Assembly: GCA_050944875.1 (NCBI GenBank)
Contig: JBMNRW010000001.1
Span: 85,436 to 149,435, forward strand
Direction of reading: 5' to 3'
Length of the DNA stretch: 64,000 nucleotides
Source of the DNA: Patescibacteria group bacterium
Lineage (GTDB): Bacteria > Patescibacteriota > UBA1384 > JACPKC01
The translations under genes and the position numbers were made by a program. Position 1 is the stretch's first letter; each line of letters begins with the position of its first letter. The notes under the pieces are model-generated. The model searched no databases, was not told the origin of the DNA, and worked only from the letters and a program-made list of their open reading frames with translations. Shown here piece after piece: positions 52,653-62,641 of the stretch.

Positions 52653-53783
52653 CTATCTGCCGACGCGCGGGTTCGCCCGCACCTCGTCAATTACTTGTAG
52701 GATGTGCTCTGAGAATACCGTCACGTCGAACTTCGACACGTGGTTTCTAATCTCGGTCGCATTATACCGCGACCAGTCGTGTGCCGTGAGCGCCTCAGTG
52801 AGCGATGCGACCGTCTGCTCAGCAAAGAACTCGCCGCTCACGCCAGGCTGGACCGACTCAAGCGCCCCGCCTTTCCCGTACGCTAGCACCGGACGACCGC
52901 TCGCCATTGCCTCTAGTGGCACCATCCCTGCATCCTCCTCGGGCGGAAAGATAAACGCACGGCAGTGTGCGTAAAGGTCTGAAAGCTCGTCGTCACTCAC
53001 GCGACCAAGGAAAGAAATATTCGGGTACTTCGCAAACTGTTCTCGGTACTGTGCGAGCCGCGTGCCGCTGCCGGCGATCTTCAGTGGCCAACCGAGCTCG
53101 GCGAACGCCTGGGCGACGAGATCAACCTGCTTGTACGGCTCAATCCGCGACAGCACCAAGAAGTAGTCGCTCGGTGCGGGACTTGGCGCAAATCGTCGGA
53201 GATCAACGAAGGGGAAGATCGTCGCAAGCGCTTCGCGATCATAGTAACGCTTGAGCTGCCCTGCGACGTTGTTCGAGTTTGCGACGTACGCATCTGGCCG
53301 CTGCGCAGCCAGGTAATCCCAGCGCTTGAGCCGATCGAGGACCGGACCGACGAATGGACGCACCGCAGCAGGAATCGGCGCGTTCTCAACGTACGACTCG
53401 CGGACCGACCACAAGTATCGCGTTGGCGTATGCAGGTAGCACAGGTGCGGGATACCAGGTGGCACACGCACACCTTTCGCAAACGCCGATGCATCCGAAA
53501 GCACGAGGTCAACATCATTGGGAATCTGGAGCGACTCCGTCGCCCAGGGCATGAGCGCGAGGTACCACTTGTAGTGCGTCCGCGCCCGTGGAAACCACTG
53601 CAGCGACGAGACCCGGACTCGGTGGGCCGGGAATGCCTTCCCCATTCGTTTCTCATCGTACACGAGCGTGTACACGAGTGCGTCCGGGAACATGGACATA
53701 AAGTGCTCGAGCACGCGCTCAGCACCGCCATACTGGGCGAGGAACTCGTGGACGAGCGCAACCTTGAGCTGTCGCTGGCTCAC
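52653..53783 (-). CDS. GT4-family glycosyltransferase
   Basis: GT-B fold with EX7E region (FPPEEDAGMVPLEAMASGRPVLA). Confidence 0.85.
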   Translation of the reverse strand: MSQRQLKVALVHEFLAQYGGAERVLEHFMSMFPDALVYTLVYDEKRMGKAFPAHRVRVSSLQWFPRARTHYKWYLALMPWATESLQIPNDVDLVLSDASAFAKGVRVPPGIPHLCYLHTPTRYLWSVRESYVENAPIPAAVRPFVGPVLDRLKRWDYLAAQRPDAYVANSNNVAGQLKRYYDREALATIFPFVDLRRFAPSPAPSDYFLVLSRIEPYKQVDLVAQAFAELGWPLKIAGSGTRLAQYREQFAKYPNISFLGRVSDDELSDLYAHCRAFIFPPEEDAGMVPLEAMASGRPVLAYGKGGALESVQPGVSGEFFAEQTVASLTEALTAHDWSRYNATEIRNHVSKFDVTVFSEHILQVIDEVRANPRVGR

Positions 53784-55225
53784 GCTGCCTTCCTCGAGCG
53801 AGACTGAATAATCGAAATCGGCGTCTTCAAGATAATCCGGACATCCTGCCAGAAGGACCAGTGCTCGATGTAGCTGATGTCGAGTCGGGCCTCCTCCTCG
53901 AAATCAAGGTCAGACCGTCCGGAGATCTGCGCGAGTCCGGTGATGCCAGGCTTCACAGTAAAGAGCTTCTCCTGCCACGGCTCGTACTTCTCGACCTCGC
54001 GCGGCTGGTGTGGGCGAGGACCGACGAGGCTCATGTGGCCGAACAGTACGTTAAAGAACTGCGGAAGCTCATCGAGGCTCGACTTGCGCAAGAACTCGCC
54101 AATCGGTGTAAGACGTGGATCGTTGCCGACTTTATAGATCGCACCCTGTCGTGTGTTCTGCTTCGCAATGAGTTCCTGTTCAAACGCCATCGCTTTCGCG
54201 CCGCCATAGCCATCACCCGTACAGTACTCCTGGCGCATCGTGCGGAACTTGTAGGTCCAAAAGTGCCGCTTATCCTGTCCTACGCGTTCGTTGTAGTAAA
54301 TGATCGGGCCAGCGGAGGTGAGTCGCACGGCCAGAGCAGTGAGGAGCATGAAGGGGCTGAACAGAAGAATCCCAACCACTGCCCCAATGGCGTCAACAGC
54401 ACGCTTCACGATCCTACCCCAGCCCTGGAGCTTGGTACGCTGGAACTCAACGAGCGGTACGCCCGCCATCGAGGAGAACGTCACATGGGTCGTCTGGATT
54501 CCTACAAGGTTCGGCGTGATGCGCAGGTCGACGCGCTGTTGGTTCGTCAAGGCCAGGAGCGCAAGGAACTGCTCATCTGGCAGCTGGGGATCGGCAAGAA
54601 TTATCTCGTCCGGGCGATGCGTTTCCACGATGCGTGCGAGCTCACTGAATGCACCGAGCTTCCGTCCGAGCTCTGACGAGGAAGCGCGACTTGTCGCGGT
54701 CGCGACGTACCCGAGGTACACGCAGCCAAGCGCAGGTTTGTGCGTCATCTCTCGGGCGAGCTGATACGCTGTATCGTTAGCACCGAGAATAATAACTCGC
54801 CGCGTACCCACCCCGTACTGGTAGAGCGAACGCTGTACCTGGCGGAGAAGCCAACGACCTAAGAGGACGAAAAGAAAAGCGAAGAGGTACGCGTAGAGAA
54901 GGACGATACGGGAGCTAATCTGCGTATTTGTGAGGAAGATTGCCGCAGTCACCAGGAGGACGCCAAGTGACACGGAGATAAAGATCGACGCGAGCTCGTC
55001 AAACCCACGACGCATCGAACGGATGGCGTATAAGCCCTCAAGGCCGAAGACGAGAATCCAGACTGGGAGCAAGGAAAGGACGAAACGCAGGTAGTCCGCG
55101 AGCGGAAGAATATAGATAACTTCCGCGTTCGTGCGGATCTCGTACGCCAAGAGAAAGGCGAGCACGACCATCGCGGCGTCAACCGGGATCGCGAGCAGGC
55201 TAAAGACTAGTTCGGATTTCTTCAT
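53780..55225 (-). CDS. undecaprenyl-phosphate sugar phosphotransferase (WbaP/bacterial sugar transferase)
   Basis: N-terminal TM block plus C-terminal catalytic domain ([20 protein letters not shown]...KPGITGLAQ). Confidence 0.85.
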   Translation of the reverse strand: MKKSELVFSLLAIPVDAAMVVLAFLLAYEIRTNAEVIYILPLADYLRFVLSLLPVWILVFGLEGLYAIRSMRRGFDELASIFISVSLGVLLVTAAIFLTNTQISSRIVLLYAYLFAFLFVLLGRWLLRQVQRSLYQYGVGTRRVIILGANDTAYQLAREMTHKPALGCVYLGYVATATSRASSSELGRKLGAFSELARIVETHRPDEIILADPQLPDEQFLALLALTNQQRVDLRITPNLVGIQTTHVTFSSMAGVPLVEFQRTKLQGWGRIVKRAVDAIGAVVGILLFSPFMLLTALAVRLTSAGPIIYYNERVGQDKRHFWTYKFRTMRQEYCTGDGYGGAKAMAFEQELIAKQNTRQGAIYKVGNDPRLTPIGEFLRKSSLDELPQFFNVLFGHMSLVGPRPHQPREVEKYEPWQEKLFTVKPGITGLAQISGRSDLDFEEEARLDISYIEHWSFWQDVRIILKTPISIIQSRSRKAA

Positions 55226-55290
55226 ATGGTATCCCCCTTTCGGAGTGAATCATCATACCAGATGAACTCATGGCGCGTACCGACGAAACC

Positions 55291-55316
55291 AAAAATTCCG
55301 CCGAAGCGGAATTTTT
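55291..55316. terminator. bidirectional rho-independent terminator
   Basis: AAAAATTCCGC-CGAA-GCGGAATTTTT perfect hairpin with A5/T5 flanks. Confidence 0.7.
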
Positions 55317-55332
55317 GGAAGGCCATGCAGGC

Positions 55333-55548
55333 CTAGTTGCTCATGCGCTTGAGCATCGGGAGACCCGTGCGAGAGTTCTCCATGACCTCGTATCCGTCTG
55401 GCAACTGCTCAACAGGCGTGCCCTTCGCGTTCTTCGCATCGCGCGAGAAGTAGAAAATCCGCTGTTTGCGTCCACCGCGGAGCGTCACTTCCTTCGTGTA
55501 CAGGTAGTACGTTTCCCCTGTCTTCTTTGACTGCGCTGCGTATGGCAT
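55333..55548 (-). CDS. small hypothetical protein (71 aa)
   Basis: ATG at 55546-55548 preceded by GGAGGAGAGGAGG; MPYAAQSKKTGETYYLYTKEVTLRGGRKQRIFYFSR...; no family recognised. The ORF track's 44-codon upstream extension is unlikely to be real. Confidence 0.4.
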   Translation of the reverse strand: MPYAAQSKKTGETYYLYTKEVTLRGGRKQRIFYFSRDAKNAKGTPVEQLPDGYEVMENSRTGLPMLKRMSN

Positions 55549-55687
55549 ACCGTTCACCTCCTCTCCTCCTTGATTGTTCTGCGACTCAACTCTACCAACG
55601 GCTCCAGGAGAGTCAATCGAGTGACCAGGAGACTTTTCCACACGAACCTGTTCTGACCGAGAGAATTCAGCGATAAGCAAGACGACA

Positions 55688-55712
55688 AATGCAGCCGGGA
55701 TGGCTGCATTTG
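55688..55712. terminator. hairpin terminator downstream of tRNA-Gln
   Basis: AAATGCAGCC-GGGA-TGGCTGCATTT. Confidence 0.5.
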
Positions 55713-55725
55713 CTCTACGGTATCG

Positions 55726-55799
55726 TGGCTCCGGGACTAGGATTCGAACCTAGATTCACGGCTTCAAAGGCCGCTGTCCTGCCATTAGACGATCCCGGA
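55726..55799 (-). tRNA. tRNA-Gln (anticodon UUG)
   Basis: TCCGGGATCGTCTAATGGCAGGACAGCGGCCTTTGAAGCCGTGAATCTAGGTTCGAATCCTAGTCCCGGAGCCA: U1:A72, G73, anticodon loop CU-UUG-AA, encoded CCA. Confidence 0.9.
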
Positions 55800-55840
55800 T
55801 CACCGCGGCAATGGTACCAAAAACCCCGAAGGATCGGGGT

Positions 55841-56180
55841 ATCTGGTGCGAACGTACTCATAAGCCGGGTTCTGTCTTCGCATGAAGCGAAGGGTGGTAT
55901 CTCTCTCAGCGTCCGGACCCAGGGACGTCCCCCGAGCAGGGGTTGACGACGAGTGGGTCCACCGGACTTGCACGACGTAAGTGTTTTGCACTGCGACACC
56001 TTCCAGTGCCGCACTGTGAGCTCTTACCTCACCGCTTTTCACCCTTGCCCGCACTCTTTCGAGCCGCTGGCGGTATGGTCTCTGCGCCACTCTCTCTGGC
56101 CTCACGGCCGCCCAGCTTGCACTGGGTACGCTGCTCTACCGTGCCCGGACTTTCCTCTCGTTGTTACACGAGCACCAACC
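55841..56180 (-). ncRNA. rnpB: RNase P RNA, bacterial type A
   Basis: Minus strand carries CGAGAGGAAAGTCCGGGC (P4 5' strand), GGGCAAGGGTGAAAAGCGGTGAGGTAAGAGCTCAC (P10-12 region; cf. E. coli GGGCAAGGGUGAAAGGGUGCGGUAAGAGCGCAC) and GACAGAACCCGGCTTAT (P4 3' strand), followed by hairpin CCCCGATCCTTCGGGG+TTTTT. Only spurious ORFs occupy this span. Confidence 0.85.
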
Positions 56181-56257
56181 ACGGTGCGTTCGCGACAATA
56201 TCCTACTGATTTCCGCCAGGAGCGTCAATCAGTGCTCACTGTATCTGTGCTGTTACC

Positions 56258-57064
56258 CTAGCCCTGCGAAGATGGCACAGGCTCAGGGTTTACGCCGCCG
56301 GCGCGTTGGTTGTTTGGATTCGCGTCGATCCGCTCCCCATTGATCGCTCTGTTTGCTGGCGTGCGCTGGATGCTACCCGTTCCGGTCGCAGTCGCACCCT
56401 CCGCACCGCTCTGTACGCTTGTCGGAGTATTAGATACACCCGGGACATACGGCGTGGGATTCCTGTCGAGGCCCAGTGCCTGGACGATAAGCGGAATCAA
56501 CAATAAAAGTGCAAGCCCGGTCACGACACTCACGAGGAGTTCTGCCGACGACTTCACTTTATCCGGACTCCCCAATGAGGTGATGTACTGGTAGCCCGCG
56601 TACACGATCATGAGAAAAACCAAGAGAAACGCGAGCGGGATTGCTTTCTGATAAATGTTTTTCAAGTTGACCGTGATATCGCAATTAGGATCGATTAACT
56701 CAAAACGCTCAAATACAGGATCACAAGGTACGTCGGATACAGGATTACTTACTGGCGGAACGTAGTTGTAGGTCCCATCCGGATTTACAGTAAGCGTACC
56801 ACCATTAGCAATATATTTATCCTTTACTTCCTTGGGTACCTTCTCGTAAATTTTTCCTTGTACTTCAGTTTTTCTGTCAGTGACTGGTCGAAGATTCTCC
56901 TGCTGCTTCTCTGACACCTGCCTCGGAGGATCTTCTGCGCTTGCGTTCCATGGCCACCACTGCGTGTTCGCGGTCACAGCGACGCCGAGCGTTGCCAGCG
57001 CAAAGAGGACGGCTGCCAAGTGAGCACGCATCGAGAACGATTTGAAGTAGCGAGTAAGCCGCAT
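56258..57064 (-). CDS. hypothetical secreted/membrane protein with AT-rich core (possible horizontally acquired; two adjacent TM helices reminiscent of a pilin-like topology)
   Basis: Signal-peptide-like N-terminus, Lys/Asn/Tyr-rich domain encoded by a ~300-bp stretch of ~42% GC (56600-56900), two hydrophobic helices, Gly/Asn/Pro-rich tail. Confidence 0.5.
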   Translation of the reverse strand: MRLTRYFKSFSMRAHLAAVLFALATLGVAVTANTQWWPWNASAEDPPRQVSEKQQENLRPVTDRKTEVQGKIYEKVPKEVKDKYIANGGTLTVNPDGTYNYVPPVSNPVSDVPCDPVFERFELIDPNCDITVNLKNIYQKAIPLAFLLVFLMIVYAGYQYITSLGSPDKVKSSAELLVSVVTGLALLLLIPLIVQALGLDRNPTPYVPGVSNTPTSVQSGAEGATATGTGSIQRTPANRAINGERIDANPNNQRAGGVNPEPVPSSQG

Positions 57065-57092
57065 CGTACCCTCCTTCTATCAATTACACAGT

Positions 57093-57118
57093 ATAGCAGT
57101 GCCGAATAGCAGTGCCGA
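57093..57118. repeat. 13-bp perfect tandem direct repeat (ATAGCAGTGCCGA x2) next to a 9-bp-stem hairpin spanning the uvrA stop
   Basis: ATAGCAGTGCCGA-ATAGCAGTGCCGA directly followed by CTACCGCAC-CAATGTTA-GTGCGGTAG; lies between the uvrA stop and the SD (GAAGGAGGG) of the downstream gene. Confidence 0.6.
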
Positions 57119-57132
57119 CTACCGCACCAATG

Positions 57133-59637
57133 TTAGTGCGGTAGTAAGGTCTTGAGGTACTGTCCAGTCACCGAACGCTCAACAGCTGAGACCTGCTCAG
57201 GCGTACCTTGCGCAACAATCTCACCGCCGCCTGCGCCCCCATCTGGCCCAAGGTCAACGAGCCAGTCGGCAGACTTAATCACGTCGAGGTTGTGCTCGAT
57301 GACGAGCACGGTATTCCCCTTGTCCACGAGCGCCTGGAGTACTTCGAGCAGGTGTCGGACATCTTCGAAGTGCAATCCTGTCGTCGGCTCATCAAGAATA
57401 TAGAGCGTATTGCCCGTTGATGCCCGAGAGAGCTCAGTCGCGAGCTTCACGCGCTGCGCCTCACCACCTGACAAGGTAGTGGCCGGCTGTCCAAGCTCTA
57501 GGTAGCCAAGCCCGACGGCAACGAGCACCTGGAGCTTTGTGGCGATGGGTGGTTGGTCTGCGAAGAACTCATTCGCTTCCGTGATGGACATACTGAGCAC
57601 GTCAGCAACGGTCTTCCCGAGGTATGTAACATCCAGAATGCTCGGGTTATACCGCGTGCCGCCACACGCTTCACACGTGACGTACACATCAGGCAAGAAG
57701 TGCATCTCGTGCTTAATGACCCCGTCGCCGCGACAGACCTCACAACGTCCGCCACGGACGTTGAAGCTGAAATGACCAGCGTCGTACTTTCGCTCGATCG
57801 CAAGCGGGGTAGCAGCGAACAAGTCTCGGATTCCTCCGAACACATTTGTATACGTCGCAGGGTTTGAACGGGGGGTGCGACCAATTGCCGATTGGTCAAC
57901 GTTAATGACTTTGTCGATATGCTCGAGGCCGCGCACTGCCTTGTATGGACCAGGCTCGGCTTTTGCGCGATAGAAGTGCTTGGCGAGTACCTTTGCAAGT
58001 ACATCTCTCACGAGCGTTGACTTTCCTGAACCGGATACGCCCGACACGCAGAGGAGCGTCTGTAGTGGAAATGTCGCAGTGACATTACGGAGGTTTCGAC
58101 TTGTCACGCCCTCGAGGATGAGCGACTTGCCACTCCCCTTGCGACGAGCAGCTGGCACAGTTATCTCACGTTCGCCGCGAAGATATTGGGCAGTTAGGGA
58201 TCGCTTCGACTCTCGGACGGCCTCAGGCTTCCCTTCGGCCACAACTTTACCGCCTGCTACGCCTGCGCCTGGACCAATATCGATGAGGTAGTCAGCCGCC
58301 TCGATCATCTGCGTGTCGTGCTCGACGACGATAAGTGTATTCTCAAGATCACGAAGCTCAAGGACAGCCTCAATAAGCTTATCGAGATCGCGCGGATGCA
58401 AACCGATCGAAGGTTCGTCGAGGACGTATAGCACACCGGTAAGTCCTGATCCAAGTTGCGTCGCGAGCCGAATTCGCTGTGCCTCTCCCCCGGCGAGCGT
58501 ATCTGCGCTACGGTCGAGCGTCAGGTAGTGCAACCCCACGCGCTCAAGGTATGACAAGCGCGATAGGACGTCTTTGCAAATCGGCGCTGCAAGTTCGTGT
58601 GCGGTTCCCTCAAACTGGGTGGGTAGCTGCGCAAAGAACCCTTCTGCTTCTTCGATCGTGAGTGATGTAACGTCGACAATCGATTTGCCAGCAACTCGGA
58701 CTGCGAGCGCCTCTGGCTTTAACCGCTGCCCATTACAGCGCCCACAAACACGCTCCACCATGTATCGCTCAATTTCTGTGCGAACGTACGGTGAGTCAGT
58801 ATCTTGGTACCGTCGGTTAAGGTGGGGCACTACCCCCTCAAAACCGCGCTCAGGATCACCGTACAGCAGCCGTTGTCGTTCAGTAGGATCGAATTGCCCA
58901 ACTGGAGTATCAACGCTTCCGCCGGCGCGACTGAACTCATCGAGTAGCCGCTGGACAACCTGCCCCTGGTTCCCGAGCCGTGACAGTGGCCGGATCGCCC
59001 CCTCGCTGAGCGTCAGCCTTGGATTAGGCAAGATGAGACTCGGTTCAATCTCCCACCGAGTACCGAGTCCGTGACAGTGCTGACAAGCGCCTTGCGGACT
59101 GTTGAACGAAAATGTGCCGAGTGAGAGTTCATCGTACGTCGCATCACAGGCCGGGCAGTAGAGCTGCTTCGATGTTCGCCGCTTCTGGCTCTGTGGACGA
59201 GCTCGTGATGGCTTTACTGCCTTCGTCACTGCCTGAACAATTAGCACGGCATCGCAGGTCGGACAATGCGGCGTACCAACCCGGGCAAAGAGCAGTCGGA
59301 GGTAGTCGTAGATCTCACTCATCGTGCCAACCGTGGACCGGGGAGTCTGCGCTGCACTGCGTTGATCGATGGAAATAGCCGGCGCCAAGCCTTCAATTAA
59401 GTCGACGTCTGGCTTCTGGAGCGTGCCAAGAAACTGGCGTGCGTAGGGGGAAAGCGATTCGACGTAGCGTCGCTGCCCTTCGGCGTAAATCGTATCGAAG
59501 GCGAGCGATGACTTTCCAGAGCCAGAGAGCCCTGTGATTACTGTCAGTTTGTTCCGCGGGATACTCACGGACACATTCTTCAGGTTGTGGACCCGGGCAC
59601 CTCGGACCATGAGGTGTGTGCGCCGCGGTTGGCTCAT
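57133..59637 (-). CDS. uvrA: excinuclease ABC subunit A
   Basis: Two ABC ATPase modules and Zn-finger cysteines ([24 protein letters not shown]); start uncertain (MSQPRR vs MVRGARVHN; ORF extends to 59688). Confidence 0.95.
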   Translation of the reverse strand: MSQPRRTHLMVRGARVHNLKNVSVSIPRNKLTVITGLSGSGKSSLAFDTIYAEGQRRYVESLSPYARQFLGTLQKPDVDLIEGLAPAISIDQRSAAQTPRSTVGTMSEIYDYLRLLFARVGTPHCPTCDAVLIVQAVTKAVKPSRARPQSQKRRTSKQLYCPACDATYDELSLGTFSFNSPQGACQHCHGLGTRWEIEPSLILPNPRLTLSEGAIRPLSRLGNQGQVVQRLLDEFSRAGGSVDTPVGQFDPTERQRLLYGDPERGFEGVVPHLNRRYQDTDSPYVRTEIERYMVERVCGRCNGQRLKPEALAVRVAGKSIVDVTSLTIEEAEGFFAQLPTQFEGTAHELAAPICKDVLSRLSYLERVGLHYLTLDRSADTLAGGEAQRIRLATQLGSGLTGVLYVLDEPSIGLHPRDLDKLIEAVLELRDLENTLIVVEHDTQMIEAADYLIDIGPGAGVAGGKVVAEGKPEAVRESKRSLTAQYLRGEREITVPAARRKGSGKSLILEGVTSRNLRNVTATFPLQTLLCVSGVSGSGKSTLVRDVLAKVLAKHFYRAKAEPGPYKAVRGLEHIDKVINVDQSAIGRTPRSNPATYTNVFGGIRDLFAATPLAIERKYDAGHFSFNVRGGRCEVCRGDGVIKHEMHFLPDVYVTCEACGGTRYNPSILDVTYLGKTVADVLSMSITEANEFFADQPPIATKLQVLVAVGLGYLELGQPATTLSGGEAQRVKLATELSRASTGNTLYILDEPTTGLHFEDVRHLLEVLQALVDKGNTVLVIEHNLDVIKSADWLVDLGPDGGAGGGEIVAQGTPEQVSAVERSVTGQYLKTLLPH

Positions 59638-59794
59638 AGTGGGATTCTCCATTCGGCTACCCGTCAAAGACGGGAGGAGTATAGCCACTCAGTCCACTCC
59701 TTGCAACCCTACCAGCGCTCTGTTAGGCTCCGGTCGAAGTACACGATTCGGCGGCAAACCGTTGGGGGCGGGGCCGAAGCAATGGAGGTCAGGC

Positions 59795-60313
59795 ATGTTT
59801 GAGGGAAATGGTCAGGACACAATGAGCGGCCCTGGCACTGTTGTTGGCGCAAACGTCAAACTCACTGGCACGATCAGTGACGTGAACGATATTACTGTCC
59901 ATGGCACCGTCGATGGCGAAGTGCGGTCGGACAAGACCGTCACGATCTCAGAAACTGCTTCTGTTAAGGGGCCGGTCACTGCCCAGATGGTCAGCGTCTC
60001 CGGCCGGGTAAACGGCTCAATTGTCGCCCAGCAGAAGCTCGAGCTTCAGCCGACCGCAGTTGTGAGCGGCTCGATCACGACCGCCGAGCTCAACATCAAG
60101 CCAGGCGCCGTCTTCAACGGCAAGAGCACGATGGCGAAGGGCGACGAGCAACTCCTGCGCGACTCGAAGGCACACGGAAACGAAACAGCACACAGCAATC
60201 CAACCCCCATTCGGACCGAGCCGGATCCAGTCCCAGAACCTGAGCCGAAGCAGCCTGAATCGAAGGCCCGAGAAACGGTGCCAGCGACACAGGGCGTCGA
60301 ACTCGAAGACTAA
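59795..60313 (+). CDS. bactofilin-family cytoskeletal protein
   Basis: Beta-helical repeats ([23 protein letters not shown]...VSGRVNGSI...VSGSI) and Pro/Glu-rich tail; ATG 59795 preceded by GGAGGT (ORF track starts at 59534 inside uvrA). Confidence 0.75.
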   Translation: MFEGNGQDTMSGPGTVVGANVKLTGTISDVNDITVHGTVDGEVRSDKTVTISETASVKGPVTAQMVSVSGRVNGSIVAQQKLELQPTAVVSGSITTAELNIKPGAVFNGKSTMAKGDEQLLRDSKAHGNETAHSNPTPIRTEPDPVPEPEPKQPESKARETVPATQGVELED

Positions 60314-60340
60314 CCCAAGAGAGCACACCTGGGACGGTGG

Positions 60341-61129
60341 ATGTACTACTACATCAGTGAAGCTCCCCGATCCCGCGACGAGCAACGCAGCCTCGAGCAC
60401 GTTCGAACACTCCTGACGAACTACGGCATTGCCGGTGAATTCGTCACTACCTCTCCTGCGAGGACGATTGAAGAGCTCGCCGAGCTCGGCGTGGCAAAGA
60501 AGTACTCGACCATCGTCGGGGTTGGTTCGGATATGCTCATCAACCGCTTGGCGTCTCTCCTCGCTGGAACGCCGTACGTGTTCGGCGCGCTCCCGCTCAC
60601 GAACCCCCGAGCGCTCGAGCTGATTACTGGCGTCACGACCATCGAGGAAGCGGCCGAGGCACTGAAGTACCGACGCATCTACACTGTCCCGATTACCCGC
60701 ATTGAGCCGAATAAGTTCCTCCTGACCGAAGCTGTCATCCACCTCCCCCGCCCCGCAGTAGCCCGCCTAGAAATTGATGGGGCGAAGATCGAGGCGACCT
60801 GCACTGACATCCGGATCGCCGGAAACGGTCGCGTCATCATTGAGCACAAGGATACTGCGACGAGCACCCTCGGCAGCGTGTGGCAGTGGATGCGGGGCCA
60901 CGTCGCGACCGACCCAGCGCCATCGCACTTCGTCGGCACCCACATTACGCTCGAACTCGACACCACCTGCCCGGCCTACGTTGGTACTGACATCATCGCG
61001 AAGACGCCGCTTGCGGCGACGGTGCTGCCAGGAGTATTGAAAATCATTGCGAAGCGTGGTAGGCTCACGCAAGCACAAGAGCAAACTGAACCCGCCGGGA
61101 GGCAGCAATACGCACTGACAAACGGGTAA
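60341..61129 (+). CDS. DAGK_cat/NAD-kinase-fold protein with degenerate GGDG motif (GVGSD); function unknown
   Basis: YYYISEAP...[44 protein letters not shown] aligns with the lipid-kinase core (..VVAAGGDGTVNEV..LGILPLGTGND..) but lacks the glycine-rich catalytic loop. Confidence 0.4.
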   Translation: MYYYISEAPRSRDEQRSLEHVRTLLTNYGIAGEFVTTSPARTIEELAELGVAKKYSTIVGVGSDMLINRLASLLAGTPYVFGALPLTNPRALELITGVTTIEEAAEALKYRRIYTVPITRIEPNKFLLTEAVIHLPRPAVARLEIDGAKIEATCTDIRIAGNGRVIIEHKDTATSTLGSVWQWMRGHVATDPAPSHFVGTHITLELDTTCPAYVGTDIIAKTPLAATVLPGVLKIIAKRGRLTQAQEQTEPAGRQQYALTNG

Positions 61130-61602
61130 ACGAGGCAATTTCTGCCCGCGAACTTCGACTCATTGACGAGCAGGGAAACCAGCTCGGCGTCGTCAGTCGC
61201 GAACAGGCGTTCTACCTCGCCGGCGAAGCTGCGCTTGACTTAATGGAGCTCTCGTCGCCAGGCACCGTCCCACCGGTGGTTCGAATCCTCGACATTGGGA
61301 AGTACCAGTACGAGGAAGAGAAGCGAGCCAGGAAGCAGCGCGTGCAGAACCGCGGGGGCGAAATGAAGGAAGTGAAGCTCTCGTACAAGATCGACGAGCA
61401 TGACTTCCAAACGAAACTCCGTCGCGCCCAGCAGTTCCTTGCCAAAGGCGACCGCGTCAAGGTATACATACAGCTGCGCGGCCGCGAGAACATCTTTGCA
61501 GAACAAGCGAAGGACAACGTTGTCCGATTCGCCACTGAACTTGGCAGCGCAATCGAATCAATGAGCAAGCAGGGAAACCGCATTACTGCAATACTGAAGT
61601 GA
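61108..61602 (+). CDS. infC: translation initiation factor IF-3 with non-AUG (ATA) start
   Basis: Frame gives ...[62 protein letters not shown]...; in-frame TGA 21 nt upstream of ATA (61108), GGGAGG SD 6 nt upstream. The ORF track only catches the internal Met at 61243. Confidence 0.8.
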   Translation: MRTDKRVNEAISARELRLIDEQGNQLGVVSREQAFYLAGEAALDLMELSSPGTVPPVVRILDIGKYQYEEEKRARKQRVQNRGGEMKEVKLSYKIDEHDFQTKLRRAQQFLAKGDRVKVYIQLRGRENIFAEQAKDNVVRFATELGSAIESMSKQGNRITAILK

Positions 61603-61610
61603 GGAACGGC

Positions 61611-61814
61611 ATGAGCAAGCGCAAAACCCACCACTCCGCATCGAAGCGTATCCAGAAGCGAACGAAAGCAGGCGCGTTCATTGGCCGTGCCATGAGCGCA
61701 CAGCACCGCACGACCGGCAAGTCATCGCGTGTTCAGCAGCGGTCACGGAAGACGCAATCGCTGTCGAGCGCGAATGTAAGTCGGCTTGAAAAGCTCCTGC
61801 CGTACAGCGGGTAA
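61611..61814 (+). CDS. rpmI: 50S ribosomal protein L35
   Basis: MSKRKTHHSASKRIQKRTKAGAF...LLPY; GAGGAA SD. Confidence 0.9.
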   Translation: MSKRKTHHSASKRIQKRTKAGAFIGRAMSAQHRTTGKSSRVQQRSRKTQSLSSANVSRLEKLLPYSG

Positions 61815-61825
61815 AGAGGACTACT

Positions 61826-62176
61826 ATGCCACGAGTCAAACGCGGAACCCAGGCGCGCAAGCGTCACAGCAATCTCCTTCGACGGACCAAGGGCTTTCTC
61901 CACGGGCGAAAGAACCTCATCAAGCTCGCCCACCAGGCGGTCGTTCGCTCGATGCACAATGCGTACCGGGATCGACGAACAAAGAAGCGGACGTTCCGAT
62001 CACTCTGGATTGTACGCCTGAACGCAGCGCTCCGAGAACACGAACTGACGTACTCAACCTTTATGCCGCTCATGAAGCAAGCAAACGTCACCCTAAATCG
62101 CAAGGTCCTCTCTGAGCTCGCCGCTGACTATCCTGAGCAATTCGCAACACTGGTTCAGCGCATCGCGAAGAAGTAG
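61826..62176 (+). CDS. rplT: 50S ribosomal protein L20
   Basis: MPRVKRGTQARKRHSNLLRRTKGF, L20 family. Confidence 0.95.
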   Translation: MPRVKRGTQARKRHSNLLRRTKGFLHGRKNLIKLAHQAVVRSMHNAYRDRRTKKRTFRSLWIVRLNAALREHELTYSTFMPLMKQANVTLNRKVLSELAADYPEQFATLVQRIAKK

Positions 62177-62199
62177 TCACTACTCAAGCAGATCAGACT

Positions 62200-62225
62200 G
62201 TAGCACCGCCACCGGGCGGTGCTAC
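62200..62225. terminator. hairpin between convergent rplT and lspA
   Basis: GTAGCACCGCC-ACCG-GGCGGTGCTAC; no strong T-tract. Confidence 0.4.
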
Positions 62226-62605
62226 TTCGTGGTACGGGAGAAACCAACGAGCAGCAAGACGCCGGTCACAATGGCAATGTCAGCAATGTTGAAGTCAGGG
62301 AACCACTGGGCGAGGTGGATCGGATCAATCACTGCGCCCACGCGGATTCGATCAATGAGATTGCCTGCTACGCCAGCTAGAATAAGTGCCCAAGCGAATC
62401 TCCCTCTCGGCAGTGCGCGCTCGCGCCCGGTCTGCTGCCAGAGTAGCGCCAGTACCAGTAGGCCGAGCGCAATAAACGCTACCCGAGCACCGGGAATACT
62501 CCCCCCTAAGCCGAACGCCAACCCAGCGTTCTCCGTACTGGGTCCAGCCTGCCACTTGTGCACCTGGTCGAGCACAAGGACGACAATGAATACAATTGGT
62601 TGCAC
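62222..62605 (-). CDS. lspA: lipoprotein signal peptidase II (short)
   Basis: GNLIDRIRVGAVIDPIHLAQWFPDFNIADIAI, conserved LspA motifs. Confidence 0.85.
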   Translation of the reverse strand: MQPIVFIVVLVLDQVHKWQAGPSTENAGLAFGLGGSIPGARVAFIALGLLVLALLWQQTGRERALPRGRFAWALILAGVAGNLIDRIRVGAVIDPIHLAQWFPDFNIADIAIVTGVLLLVGFSRTTK

Positions 62606-62641
62606 GAAACCTACGCTACCGGGTACAATACCCGGCGTCCA

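Noticed and set aside
55715-56261. Four overlapping ORFs (55715-56014, 55800-56105, 55943-56209, 55953-56261)
   Set aside because: The region is fully explained by tRNA-Gln and RNase P RNA on the minus strand. The ORFs mutually overlap in different frames.
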